64,000 nt of DNA from a virus (lineage: Duplodnaviria; Caudoviricetes): IMG/VR virus record IMGVR_UViG_3300012344_000386, positions 96,001 through 160,000 of that record, one strand, 5' to 3'. Within the stretch, counting starts at the first letter, position 1. Each line of letters begins with the position of its first letter. The position numbers were made by a program, and so were the translations under genes. This document shows, one piece after another, positions 9,500 through 20,765 of this stretch. The notes under the pieces were generated by a model, which saw only the letters and a list, made by a program, of their open reading frames with translations, had not been told where the DNA came from and searched no databases.

Positions 9500-9568
9500 T
9501 TATTCAGATAAATAAAATGATAGTTAAAGAAAGTTAAAAATAAATTTTAAAATTAAATAAATTACGTT

Positions 9569-9934
9569 ATGAAAAAATTATTTATTTTATTCCTTATAGG
9601 AATATTCAGCATCACTGTATGCTTTGGTAAAATTAACATTAATGAAAATTCATTAGTTAATCCAACATTATTAACAGATTCTATTAATGTCGTTTATGTA
9701 AATGTCCCTGCAAAAGTTAGAATTTACAATGATATTATTGATTGTGTTTCTGTCAGAACTAAATCAAAATTTACTAACATTACATATAATGTGAATGATG
9801 GTAAACTTACAATCAATTCTAATAAGGATTTTAATGAATTAAAAGATGAAGATATTACTATTTTTATTTCATCTTCTAATGCAAAGAAATTAAAAGTTAG
9901 AACTAATAAAGATTATTATATTACATATGAATAA
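9569..9934 (+). CDS. Secreted protein, possible GIN/DUF2807-like domain
   Basis: Signal peptide MKKLFILFLIG; beta-rich with YNVNDGKLTIN. Confidence 0.6.
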   Translation: MKKLFILFLIGIFSITVCFGKININENSLVNPTLLTDSINVVYVNVPAKVRIYNDIIDCVSVRTKSKFTNITYNVNDGKLTINSNKDFNELKDEDITIFISSSNAKKLKVRTNKDYYITYE

Positions 9935-9941
9935 AAAAATA

Positions 9942-9973
9942 AAGGAGAATTAACTACCGTGTTAATTCTCCTT
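9942..9973. terminator. Bidirectional terminator
   Basis: AAGGAGAATTAAC/GTTAATTCTCCTT between convergent genes. Confidence 0.75.
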
Positions 9974-10016
9974 ATTAAATTAATTAAAAAAATATGTATA
10001 AAAGACACCTTATTTA

Positions 10017-12071
10017 TTAAAAATGAAACTTTGCAGAAGCGAACATATTAAATGGTGTATCAACCAAATAATATGCAGTATTGGTTGGAATATCTACAGA
10101 GCCATTAGAGAAGTTAAGCCTATTTGTAATGTTATTCAATACAAGGTTCAACTCTACAATCTTTGATACTCGTGCATTTACATAAGCATTTAACGTAAGA
10201 TTCTCCTTAAGTTTATTCTTATTATAAATATCCATATACATTGATGAACGGAAATTTGTATTCAAACCAAACTTAATTTTATTAACCATATAATTAGCTT
10301 CAGCAAACAATGTAGATGAAGGTGAGAATGTATGATTCATTTCCTTACCTTCAATATTCTTTAATTTATTCTCTGACCATGCCGCATTTGCAATGAAATG
10401 CAATGTATTAATAGGATTATAATCAAGGGCAAGTTCCAATCCAAGACGGTATGCATCATGTTGCTTATGCAATGGAAGACCATTCATCTTTGAAAGTTCA
10501 CCGGTTGCAACAAGTTCATTACTGAAATTCATATAAAAACCATTAATATTGAAATTAACCTTATTGTTACGGATCTCATAACCTGCTTCAATATCATGAA
10601 CTCTCTCATTCTTTGTATTCATCTCCGATTCATTTGAACGATACTCTGCACAGAATAAATCAGTTCGAGATGGTTCACGGTTTGTTACAGCATAACGTGC
10701 ATATACCTTTAAATACTTATCAATATCATAATTAAGTCCAATACTGTAATTTACAAAATTCCAATCATGATTAAACTTTGTATCATATTCATCCATTGGT
10801 GTATTTACACGATAATGCAATGACGTATAACGATATTGAACAGCAGCATCAATAGTGAACTTATTTACTGGTGCATACTTTACATTTGCAAATACATTCA
10901 CATCTGGTTTTGTTCCTGCATTATCATAATATGGTGTAAGTCCAGGATTTTTCCATGCAGTGATAATACTATCAGAATTTGCAATATCATATCCCTGATG
11001 TCTACGATGATATACATAAGCATTTACACCAGATGTAAGAGAAAGATTATCAATAGGATAATACTTTACAATAGTGTTAAATCCTGTTAAATTATAATTA
11101 AGATGATAGTTATTCAATACACTTCCTGTTGGTCGTGTCTCATCATCCCAACCAATACGGTAATTACCTGTCTGATGTTGCCAATACACAGATGATGTTA
11201 GAAATACTTTGTCTGAAAGAACTCCCTTATATTGAAACCTATTATAAGTTGTTAAGAAATCATCTGTTTCCTGTTGACGATTACCTGAAATCATCTGCTT
11301 AAATGGTGTCGGATGCTTCGGAATTAAATCTTCAGTAATTCCCTGAAATCCCTGTCCATTCCTATGATAACCAGTCATTGTCAAGAAATCCAATGAATGT
11401 CGTTCATTAAAGAAATATCCTGTCTTAATAGTAATTGCCTTCGAATTATTGTAAGTATTCTCCTTATAACCATCAGTTTGCTGTGCAGTGCCACGAACAT
11501 GTAATCCCCAATGTCCTTTCTGTCCCATATTATAAACACCTGTAATTCGAGATGAATTAAATGAACCATATCCAAGGTCAAAATAAGAATCGGTATCTTT
11601 CTTCAAATCTACAGATTCAAGAGAAACATTTCCTGCATAAGCAGCTGTTCCATTATTAGTTACAGATGCACCTTTCTCTACCTTAATAGTATGCATAGAA
11701 GACATAAGATCTGGAGAATTACTAAAATAACATCCAAAATCTTCTGCTTCGTTCCAAGGCATTCCATCCAATGTAACATTCATACGTTCCTGACCCATGC
11801 CACGCATACGGAAATAACAGTATCCCATTTGTGTTCCATTATCATTATACGCATAAATATTAGGAAGTCTTTGCAATACATAATCTGTTCCCTGACCATG
11901 ATTCAAAGACTTAAGTGTAGATGTATTAATCATACTACCTGTCTGCACATTATTACGGAAAAGAGAAGTAACAGTTACCTCTTTCAACTTCACTGTATCA
12001 GAAACATTTTCTGCATACATGTTAGCAATACTCATTACCATAATGAGCATAGAAAAAATAATCTTATTCAT
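10017..12071 (-). CDS. TonB-dependent outer-membrane receptor (vitamin-uptake type)
   Basis: Signal peptide, TonB-box-like LKEVTVTS, plug motif FRMRGMGQERMNVTLDGMPWN, LNNITN motif, C-terminal Phe (AKFHF). Confidence 0.9.
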   Translation of the reverse strand: MNKIIFSMLIMVMSIANMYAENVSDTVKLKEVTVTSLFRNNVQTGSMINTSTLKSLNHGQGTDYVLQRLPNIYAYNDNGTQMGYCYFRMRGMGQERMNVTLDGMPWNEAEDFGCYFSNSPDLMSSMHTIKVEKGASVTNNGTAAYAGNVSLESVDLKKDTDSYFDLGYGSFNSSRITGVYNMGQKGHWGLHVRGTAQQTDGYKENTYNNSKAITIKTGYFFNERHSLDFLTMTGYHRNGQGFQGITEDLIPKHPTPFKQMISGNRQQETDDFLTTYNRFQYKGVLSDKVFLTSSVYWQHQTGNYRIGWDDETRPTGSVLNNYHLNYNLTGFNTIVKYYPIDNLSLTSGVNAYVYHRRHQGYDIANSDSIITAWKNPGLTPYYDNAGTKPDVNVFANVKYAPVNKFTIDAAVQYRYTSLHYRVNTPMDEYDTKFNHDWNFVNYSIGLNYDIDKYLKVYARYAVTNREPSRTDLFCAEYRSNESEMNTKNERVHDIEAGYEIRNNKVNFNINGFYMNFSNELVATGELSKMNGLPLHKQHDAYRLGLELALDYNPINTLHFIANAAWSENKLKNIEGKEMNHTFSPSSTLFAEANYMVNKIKFGLNTNFRSSMYMDIYNKNKLKENLTLNAYVNARVSKIVELNLVLNNITNRLNFSNGSVDIPTNTAYYLVDTPFNMFASAKFHF

Positions 12072-12110
12072 TTAGATATTTTATTTAAAAATTAAACTTA
12101 TTTTATATTA

Positions 12111-12197
12111 TCAAGAAAATAAATAAATTACTACTAATATCATAATTATACCTAACATAAATGATATAGTTGTATATAAAGTTTCTTTTCTATTCAT
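12111..12197 (-). CDS. 28-aa membrane peptide
   Basis: MNRKETLYTTISFMLGIIMILVVIYLFS; TAATG overlap with the upstream stop. Confidence 0.5.
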   Translation of the reverse strand: MNRKETLYTTISFMLGIIMILVVIYLFS

Positions 12198-12514
12198 TAT
12201 TCCACTTCTTTCCATATAATTCTATGTTTCTTCATATTGGAATCATATACTTCATATGAATTCCATCCGCTCGTGCTAATTTGCTGAACAAAATCTTCAT
12301 CAATATATTTGTCTCTCAATATAATTTTAAATTGTGCTTCAGTTTTATTATCAGTACCAACAAACTTCTTTTCTCGCATAATACTAATAGGCATAACAAT
12401 ACAAGCATAAGTAACAATCATAAGTATTGTTATAAGAATGAACATACCTCCATTCTTTAACACTTGTTTATCTTCTTCCTTAATTCTACAATTCTTTGCA
12501 TTATGTATAATCAT
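12197..12514 (-). CDS. Hypothetical membrane protein
   Basis: One TM segment; ATGA overlap with upstream gene. Confidence 0.7.
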   Translation of the reverse strand: MIIHNAKNCRIKEEDKQVLKNGGMFILITILMIVTYACIVMPISIMREKKFVGTDNKTEAQFKIILRDKYIDEDFVQQISTSGWNSYEVYDSNMKKHRIIWKEVE

Positions 12515-12888
12515 AATTCTTCTGTTTTATATGTTTCCTTATTTGTTATAAAATCATATGAATGTCCAAATCTTTGATGACAATCCAATCCTATGGAAAT
12601 TTCAAAATCATATTTACCGATATAGATAATGTTTCCAGATTTAACATGTTTTAGTTTAAATACACATTTATTATCGTCTAATATATAATATAAAATATTT
12701 GTCTTATCTATTTTATTTCTTATTTTATCTATTATTTTATTATAAAAAATATTTAACTTCTCATATCGCATATGTTCATTGGGTGAATTATCTAATGATG
12801 AAACTTCATAGATACGTTCATCCTGTTTAATAACAGACGTATATCCATAAAAGTTTAATATTTCATAATTATCAATATTTAATATCAT
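12511..12888 (-). CDS. Hypothetical protein
   Basis: First gene after an early promoter. Confidence 0.7.
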   Translation of the reverse strand: MILNIDNYEILNFYGYTSVIKQDERIYEVSSLDNSPNEHMRYEKLNIFYNKIIDKIRNKIDKTNILYYILDDNKCVFKLKHVKSGNIIYIGKYDFEISIGLDCHQRFGHSYDFITNKETYKTEEL

Positions 12889-12915
12889 AACTTAATTGTT
12901 TAATTTAATTCAATA

Positions 12916-12923
12916 CAAAGATA
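12916..12923 (-). promoter_or_regulatory. Early promoter TATCTTTG for the TonB-receptor operon
   Basis: TAnnTTTG, 28 nt upstream of ATG 12888. Confidence 0.75.
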
Positions 12924-13001
12924 CAACATTTATTTGAAATAAGAAAACACATTAATGAAAATATATCAAAAATAAATAATAAAAGTATTTTTTAACGTTT
13001 T

Positions 13002-14072
13002 ATGAACAAGAATATCAAACTTTTATTGGAAAGTTTATTTGATGATGAATTTGATGATTTATATAATGATGATGCATCAAATAAAACATCTGAATTAATT
13101 TCAAATGCTACAAAGATAACATCGTTAGGATAGTGTGATAATCAAGAAGAGGTAAATGAATATTTTATTAATAAATACGATTTAAATAATTAGGTAATCA
13201 ATACAGTAGTAGCTGTTATGAATGAAATAGATAGATGTACGGATAATGGTTTCTTTTGGGCATCAAAGATGGATAAAGATAAATTATCTGATAAAAATAA
13301 AATGGTTATAATTAACCGTAATTCAGTTATTGATCCAGAAACAGGAAAATTTCAGGAAGTATATTATTTTATATGTTATATAGGTTCGGAATAGAGTAAA
13401 AAAATTGAATTTACAATTAAATAGGAACCTTATACTATTACATATAGAAATAAAGAAAAAGTATTAAAATCATGGGCTGTTGTATTTAATAATTTTGGAA
13501 CAGATTATAAAGTTATATGGAAATTAATTAAATATCCATCAACGCCTTTACGCCGACCAGGTGATAAAGATAAAAATGCGCCTATTAATAAAGTTATTGA
13601 TAAGATTAATCAAGAATAGTTTTCAAATGTAAATAAGAAAATTAATGAAATTAGTATTGCATTAAAAGGACAAGTTGAAACTATATTTAGCACAAAGAGA
13701 CTTGCTGATGAATTAACATGTACAGGTAAAGTATATAAAGTTACATAGAAAGACATTGATCGTATGGATAAATGCTTAATGACCGGTAAGTATAGTGGTT
13801 TTGATAAGATAACAAATCCTGATAAAATGGTTGCGAGACTTGCTGCTTTATTTATATGTGCGAAGAATAGAGATTATAAAGATATGCAACTTTCATTTAA
13901 TGACGATATTCTAATATCTGTTATAACTGGAAAGAATCCTTATAGAATATCTAGAAATATATATTATAATAGATAGGATTATATATAGGTATTGAAAAAA
14001 TTACAATTATTCCCTGATATTCATCTTAAAGATGTAATTGCTACATATAATGCATATAAGGATTAGTTTTAA
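13002..14072 (+). CDS. Hypothetical late protein, TAG-recoded (356 aa), possibly virion-internal
   Basis: ATG 13002 to TAA 14072 with multiple TAG; leader MNKNIKLLLESLFDDEFDD; AATAAATA at 12971-12978. Confidence 0.8.
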
Positions 14073-14090
14073 AAATAATATTATTTAATC

Positions 14091-17000
14091 ATGATTATAA
14101 AAAATAGTAATTAGGCAATAGATGTTTAGAAAAATAGTCACGTATCATGGGAAGGTTAGAAAAGCAGTAAAAGATTCTATGTAAAGAAAACAGAAACTTT
14201 AATTAAAACAGAATACGGTTCTGACCCAAATACTGTACCTAATATATCATGGGAAGGTGGTACAACACAAACATTTAATTTATATCGTAAAGAGACATAT
14301 TTAATACGCGAAGGCTTTTCTACAAGAACAGAAGAAAGAGTATATAACTATCCTAATGCCTCTTTTAAAAGTGGTGAGACATCAGGTTGTAAAATAAATA
14401 ATACACCAACTTAGTATGGTCAAAATACATATAATAATCCTTTTAGTGTTACATTTGAACAAAGAGATAATGCTTCATCAGATAGAACTATTATAATATA
14501 TGCAGTTGGGTTACGTGGCGATATACATGAACAAGCAAATATAACAATTACTCAAACAAAACGTGATAAGTATGTAACTAAATTAGATAATGCCGTTATC
14601 ACAGTTGATAATATTCCTGCATCTGGTGGAACTGTAAGTTCTGGTAAATTAACATACAGAAAAACATTCAATTCCGGTGAAACAGAAGATGCTTCTGAAA
14701 CTGTTACGTTTACAACCGTTTCGGCAACAACAAAAGGTACAACAGAATCAGGTGTAACAAATGTTAAAACAATTGCCGCAGGCGGAACTATCCAAAAATC
14801 AACAACAATAGATAGTGTTACACTAACACACCCTGAATTTACTGTTAAACAAGACGCTAATGTAAAATCAGTTAAAACAGGGGAAACTAAAACAACAGAA
14901 AGCGTTATTCTTTCTGTAAGTCCAACTGTAGTATATAGCTCCGGTGGAACTGTAACATTTAGTTTAAGTAGAAAATATACATTACATAAAACTGTATATC
15001 AATATTCTTCTGGTTCAACATCCGGTGGTGGAACTGATGCAAATCAAGGTCCAGAAACATTAAGTGCTAATAGTAATTATACGGTATCTGGTATATCTGG
15101 AACAACTAATATAAGAGGAGGATCATATACAATACCTGCAACATCATCTGCAAGAACTATAAAATTTCAAACAACATATGATAATATAAAATCTAATGAA
15201 GCTACAGTAACTCAGAAATTAGATGGTCCTGATACATCTAAAGCTTTCTATTATACTGATTTGAATATTACAACATTTAGTTATGCAAAAGGTTCATCTG
15301 GTTATCATTTTCCAGCATCAGGAGGGACTATAACAGCAACTGATTGTACATTGAAGGGTACATATATATGGCATTATACTTCTATGGAAGGTAAGACTTC
15401 ATAGGAAACTGTAAATTGGTCATTAAGTGACTTAACTAATTCAATGTATACATTTACACCAACATCTAAAACAGCTGAATCTTTAGGTACAACTACAGCA
15501 TCAGCTAATAATAGTTACGCTACAATTTCTGTAACAGTTAAAAGCCTTAAACATACATATGATGGGAAACAATATGATGTTAAAAATAATTCAGGTACAA
15601 TATTAACAGCTACATCTACTGCAACACTTACACGATAGGGTAATTCTGGAACACAGGCATCTATAGAATCATCATCTAAACTAAAGGTATCTGTAGACCC
15701 TACTACTTATGATTATAAAGGTGGTTCGGCAACATTAAAAGCAGTACTGACGAAAACATATAATGTATCATGGACATCTGGAGCTACAAGTACAAAAGAT
15801 ACGGATACAACTGTTACTAACGTCACTACTTTTACCGGCTCATATAAAATTGGTTCGAGTACTACTGATAATAGTATTACTGTATCAGATTCAAGTGTCA
15901 CTATCCCAAATTTAGGTACAAGTAAAGACAGTAGAAAATATACATTTACTGGTAGTTATAATGGCCTTACTGGAACGGCGACATTATCACAAACAGGTAA
16001 TACAACAACATATACAGTAACATTTAGCATCAATAATTCATATGCAAAATGGTATAGAAATGGTTCCGCAATAACAGATACAACTGTAACAAAAAAATTT
16101 AGTGAAGGTACTAAATATACAGATTTAACTCCGGATGAAACACCAACATGGATAGATGGAAGTAATTATAAATATACATTTGCTAATAATTATTCCACTA
16201 AAACAGACGGTAACGCTGTATCTAGTTCATCTACATTACAAAGTGACATTACATTATATGCTCGATGGACGCAACCTGACGCATATATTAAAGTATATTG
16301 GGACCCAAAAGGAGGTACATTTACAAAAACTGATAAAACTAGTACAACAACATCTACTATATATGATTATCATGGAAAAACATTTAAATGTCAACCTTCT
16401 GATTTAGGATATAATAACTATCCAACAAAAACAAATTATACATTTAAAACATGGTGTACTAATGCAGGTTTATTATGTTATTCAAACACATTTCCACTTA
16501 GTGTAAATAATAAACAAGGAATAGTCTGGGATTTTTATGCAACTTGGGCTGTAACAAATATAACAATTACATGGAATGGTAATGGTGGTACATGGGATGA
16601 CGGAAAATTATCTCAAACATCTAAAGGAACATATGGGAAAACAATAAATGCATATGGTTCAAATCCTACAAAAACTAATACAACTTCTGAAACATATACG
16701 TTTAAAGGCTGGGGTGAAACATCAAGTTCTATAAATACTATAACATTCCCTTATAGTTTGACAAATCCATCAGGTTCAATAACATTATATGCTATATATT
16801 CAAATTCAACAAGAAGTTATACAATAGAATGGAAGAGTTACCCTATATATAATTTCTATTCTAAAGATGACCAAACATATGAATCATCAACAACGACAAC
16901 AGAAAACTATGGTACAAAATACAAAGATATATCTATTCCTACAGGTGTTAAGGTTACTTTATATAATTCAGACAAAACAGAGCAATATAAGTCAAATGGA

Positions 17001-18092
17001 AGTTGGTATACTACTGAAACTGGTAATATAGTTATTAAAGATAATGACACTACAGTAACAGGTGATACTACATTCTATTTACATTTCAGTACAAATTATA
17101 AAGTTATATTAGATTGTAATGGCGGACAAGTATCTAGTTCAGATAAATCAACAAAATGGGAAATTTACGTAACATCATTTAAATATGATGATTATAAACC
17201 TGTTAAAACTGATTATACATTTGCAGGATGGAATATAAGAGATACTGACACATCTGGAACATTAACAGGTTCATAGAAAGTTTCAGAAGCAAAAACATAT
17301 TATGCAACATGGTCTAAAGATTCTGTTACAATTACATGGAGAAATCACACAAATGGTGCTGTGGTAATATGGGCAGATGGTACAGCGGAAGATAAAAAAA
17401 GTTCTGTTAAAAAAGGTACAAAATATAATGAATTATCAGCGCCAGCATCATTTGCTGATATTATTGAAGATGCTACGTTCATACGATATACTGCAGCATG
17501 GTATACAAAACCATACGGTGGTACTTTAATTTCAAAAACAGAAACAGCAATAACAACTGCGACATCTGTATATACATAGTTTACATATGTATCAGCTAAA
17601 GTTAGCCTTTATCCAAATGGTGGTTCATTAGTAGTAAGTGATACAACATATACAACCAGTCCATATGTTATATATGTAAAATCAATCAATTTAGGCAGTT
17701 ATACTCCAACGAGAAGTGGATATAACTTTAAAGGATGGGCAGAAACAAGTTCTGCAACATCAGGTTCAACTTCTACTGTTACAATTAAAACTGCTACACC
17801 TTATTATGCCGCATGGAAACAAGTATTTACAGTTACATGGAATCTTAATGGTGGTACATATAATAGTTCAACCACTAATCCTACTCAATCTGTTGAATCC
17901 GGTAGTACAGTATCATTCAGTACTTATACACCTACTAAATCTGGATATACATTCCAAGGTTGGGCAGAATCAAATTCTGCAACTTCCGGAAGCACATCAG
18001 GTAATTCAGCTGCAATTACATCGAATAAAACATTCTATGCTATATGGAAGTCTGCAGCACTTACACCAATACTTCTTATATTAGCAAGTTAA
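14091..18092 (+). CDS. Large Thr/Ser-rich surface or virion protein with InlB-B (Listeria-Bacteroides)-like repeats, TAG-recoded (1333 aa)
   Basis: Track ORFs 15444, 16758 and 17361 share this frame; repeated WxxNGG...PTKxGYTFxGW...xYAxW units in the C-terminal half. Confidence 0.85.
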
Positions 18093-18110
18093 TATAATAA
18101 TACATAAATT

Positions 18111-18148
18111 AAAGAACTGTAAATTATCAAAAAGATTTACAGTTCTTT
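18111..18148. terminator. Intrinsic terminator
   Basis: AAAGAACTGTAAAT/ATTTACAGTTCTTT followed by a T tract. Confidence 0.75.
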
Positions 18149-18190
18149 TTTATTTAATAAATATTATACATAATATAAGAATATTAATAT

Positions 18191-19315
18191 ATGAAAAAGA
18201 ATATATATAAGTTATTAAAATTATATGAATCATCGTCCGATCTATTTGATGATGATATTTTAGGAGATGAAGAAAATACAGGCTTAATAGATTAGGAAAT
18301 ATCATCAAAAATAGCATCGAATGATTTAAAACCAGTTATCATAGATTTATTAGGTGTTGATAAGCCTCGTGCATGGAAATATGATAGAGATAAGGATGGA
18401 AATCAAATATTAACACATGAAAGTAAAATATCATATGGTATGGATGCATATGGAGAAAAAGTAATGAACCAACTTAAAGCAAAAGGATTTACTGAATATA
18501 CAGCATCAAATTGTCCATATGCATTTACACATGGCATAGATTATATGAAAGCTCAGAAATTACTTCGTCCAAATTATAATTTTCCTTCACCAGGGCAACC
18601 AATGTTTAATGCATATAATGCTGATATTGAAAAGTATACAATTTGGGTATGTCATACATTTCCTAAAATGCCGTCAATTATTCAAGATATATTTAAAAAA
18701 GATATGTATTGTCATAAAATATTATTATCTGAAGATGAAGGCATAATTTTTATGGAACATCGATATACAAATGAAGGTAGATATTCATTTAAAGATATTG
18801 CAACCATTAAATTAACAGGTAAAGTTATATATGATGAGAAGGATTCTGATGATTAGAAAAATATCATTAAGAATACTAAAGATAGAGAAAAACGATTATC
18901 ATTTTTAAAAAATAGGTATAAAAAAACAGTAGGTACAGGAATAACGCAATTTATTAAATATTTTGATTTAGATAAAAATAATGAGCCTTATGGAGTTATG
19001 TATTTTAACTGGAATAAATCTATTAATGCATCAAAGGTATCAAAGCAATATAAAATACCTGTATTCTTATTATGGTTATTATAGAAAGATATATATCCAT
19101 TAAATGAATTAGAAAAAGAAGATGATTCTGCTGAATATGAATTAACATCAAAGGGTATAACATTTGATTTTTATGCTATGATAGATACAAGATTTGCAAA
19201 TAATGAAAATACGGCAAAAGATCCTATAATATTAAGAAATGCAACTCCTAATTCATGTATAACTGTTAAACTATCAGATTATGCTTTAGAACAATATCAT
19301 GATATTTTCGATTAA
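18191..19315 (+). CDS. Hypothetical late protein, TAG-recoded (374 aa)
   Basis: ATG 18191 to TAA 19315; leader MKKNIYKLLKLYESSSDLFDDDIL; AATAAATA at 18156-18163. Confidence 0.8.
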
Positions 19316-19339
19316 TAACAATATATAAAAGGAAGATCA

Positions 19340-19648
19340 TCATTGATCTTCCTTTTTAATTTCTAGAATATATACACATTTATTTTCAATTTTCATACTA
19401 ATAATAGATGTGATAATTTTATCTTCATCTATTTTATTTCCTACACTCAAAAATGGTCCTCCATCTGGATCTATAAAATTAATATCTGTATAATCTGGTT
19501 TACAATTAATATCATTATTAAATCCGACTCTCATATAATGAAATATTTCATCTGGTCCATGTAACTGATATTCATGTTCAGATATTTGCTCAAGATAAAC
19601 ACCTTTATAATATCTATTATATAATTCTATTCTTTTCTTAGTTTCCAT
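19340..19648 (-). CDS. Hypothetical protein
   Basis: 102 aa with FIDPDGGPFLSVG; AAAC-N18-TATAAA at 19677-19704 (-). Confidence 0.75.
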   Translation of the reverse strand: METKKRIELYNRYYKGVYLEQISEHEYQLHGPDEIFHYMRVGFNNDINCKPDYTDINFIDPDGGPFLSVGNKIDEDKIITSIISMKIENKCVYILEIKKEDQ

Positions 19649-19683
19649 AAATCTTTTACTAATTTCTGTTATATAATTTATAA

Positions 19684-20004
19684 ATGAAAATTATTAAAAT
19701 GTTTTATAAAATATATTATATTGATTTACATATTGTAGAAGATATTAAAAAATTATTAGATAAACTTCATAAATTAGGTTATCCAGAAACATACTTATCC
19801 GACTTTAGTTTTTGTCCATATCTTATTATTCATAAAGACTTTGAACATAACAAATATCCTGTATATGAAAATATAAATAAAGGATATTTAGATAGTATGA
19901 TGTCTAAAGTTATTCTTATTGAATGTAAATCATCATCAGAATTAATTGAATATGCTTATGAGTTAACAAATGATAATAATTCTATAAGCAATGGTCTTTT
20001 TTAA
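19684..20004 (+). CDS. Hypothetical protein
   Basis: Intact ORF; true start may be ATG 19699. Confidence 0.6.
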   Translation: MKIIKMFYKIYYIDLHIVEDIKKLLDKLHKLGYPETYLSDFSFCPYLIIHKDFEHNKYPVYENINKGYLDSMMSKVILIECKSSSELIEYAYELTNDNNSISNGLF

Positions 20005-20765
20005 TGAATTTTAAATATAGGTTCTCTATATAATGATATTTTATTACATGTATTCCAATCAAAATTAGTATTAAACATCAATGGTAATCTAAAAACATTT
20101 ATATATTCATCATTCATAAATATATCACAGTCTGAAGTTATGATAATATCAAAATTATCTGGAATATTATCATTTAAATATTGAATTGCATCAACATCAA
20201 ATACACATCCTTGAAATACTATATACTGTGATATATTATTCTTTATTTGATATTCATTCCGTATTTCTTCTAACCATTGTAAATTATCAACAAATGATTT
20301 ATCTATCATATTATTATCTTTATGTTTATTGTTATTTAACATATTCATAAAGATAATATCATTAAATATTGTTCTATCATCATATATTGGTTCTAATTCT
20401 ATCTTCTGTATATATGGAATGCATCTAAATAAATTAATGTCTAAAATACCTAATCTATAATTTGTTTGTCTATTATGAAATTTAAATCCATTTAATGATT
20501 TAATTTTTAATGTAACATTATAAGGATCATTTACATTATATGAAAAACTATTCCAATATCCATCATGGTATCTTCCTTTTGTCTCATTAAGATATGCTCT
20601 CCATACATCATAATTAGTTCCTCTCATATTAAGATATGAATTTTTCTTAAGTTCCGTAATATTATTACCTATTAAATTAGTTAATGATTCAACTCCTGTA
20701 TCATTAAATACAGAAGATGAATCATCACCAATTAAAATATCATCATCAAAAAGATTATCTATCAT
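20001..20765 (-). CDS. Hypothetical protein
   Basis: 254 aa coupled to the topoisomerase stop; begins MIDNLFDDDIL. Confidence 0.75.
   Translation of the reverse strand: MIDNLFDDDILIGDDSSSVFNDTGVESLTNLIGNNITELKKNSYLNMRGTNYDVWRAYLNETKGRYHDGYWNSFSYNVNDPYNVTLKIKSLNGFKFHNRQTNYRLGILDINLFRCIPYIQKIELEPIYDDRTIFNDIIFMNMLNNNKHKDNNMIDKSFVDNLQWLEEIRNEYQIKNNISQYIVFQGCVFDVDAIQYLNDNIPDNFDIIITSDCDIFMNDEYINVFRLPLMFNTNFDWNTCNKISLYREPIFKIH

Noticed and set aside
12072-12200. TPP or other riboswitch upstream of the TonB receptor
   Set aside because: The space is filled by a 28-aa peptide gene; no conserved aptamer core.
13002-19315. Pseudogene decay as the cause of fragmented ORFs
   Set aside because: In the stretches I translated, interruptions are TAG only and in one frame, never TAA/TGA or frameshifts.
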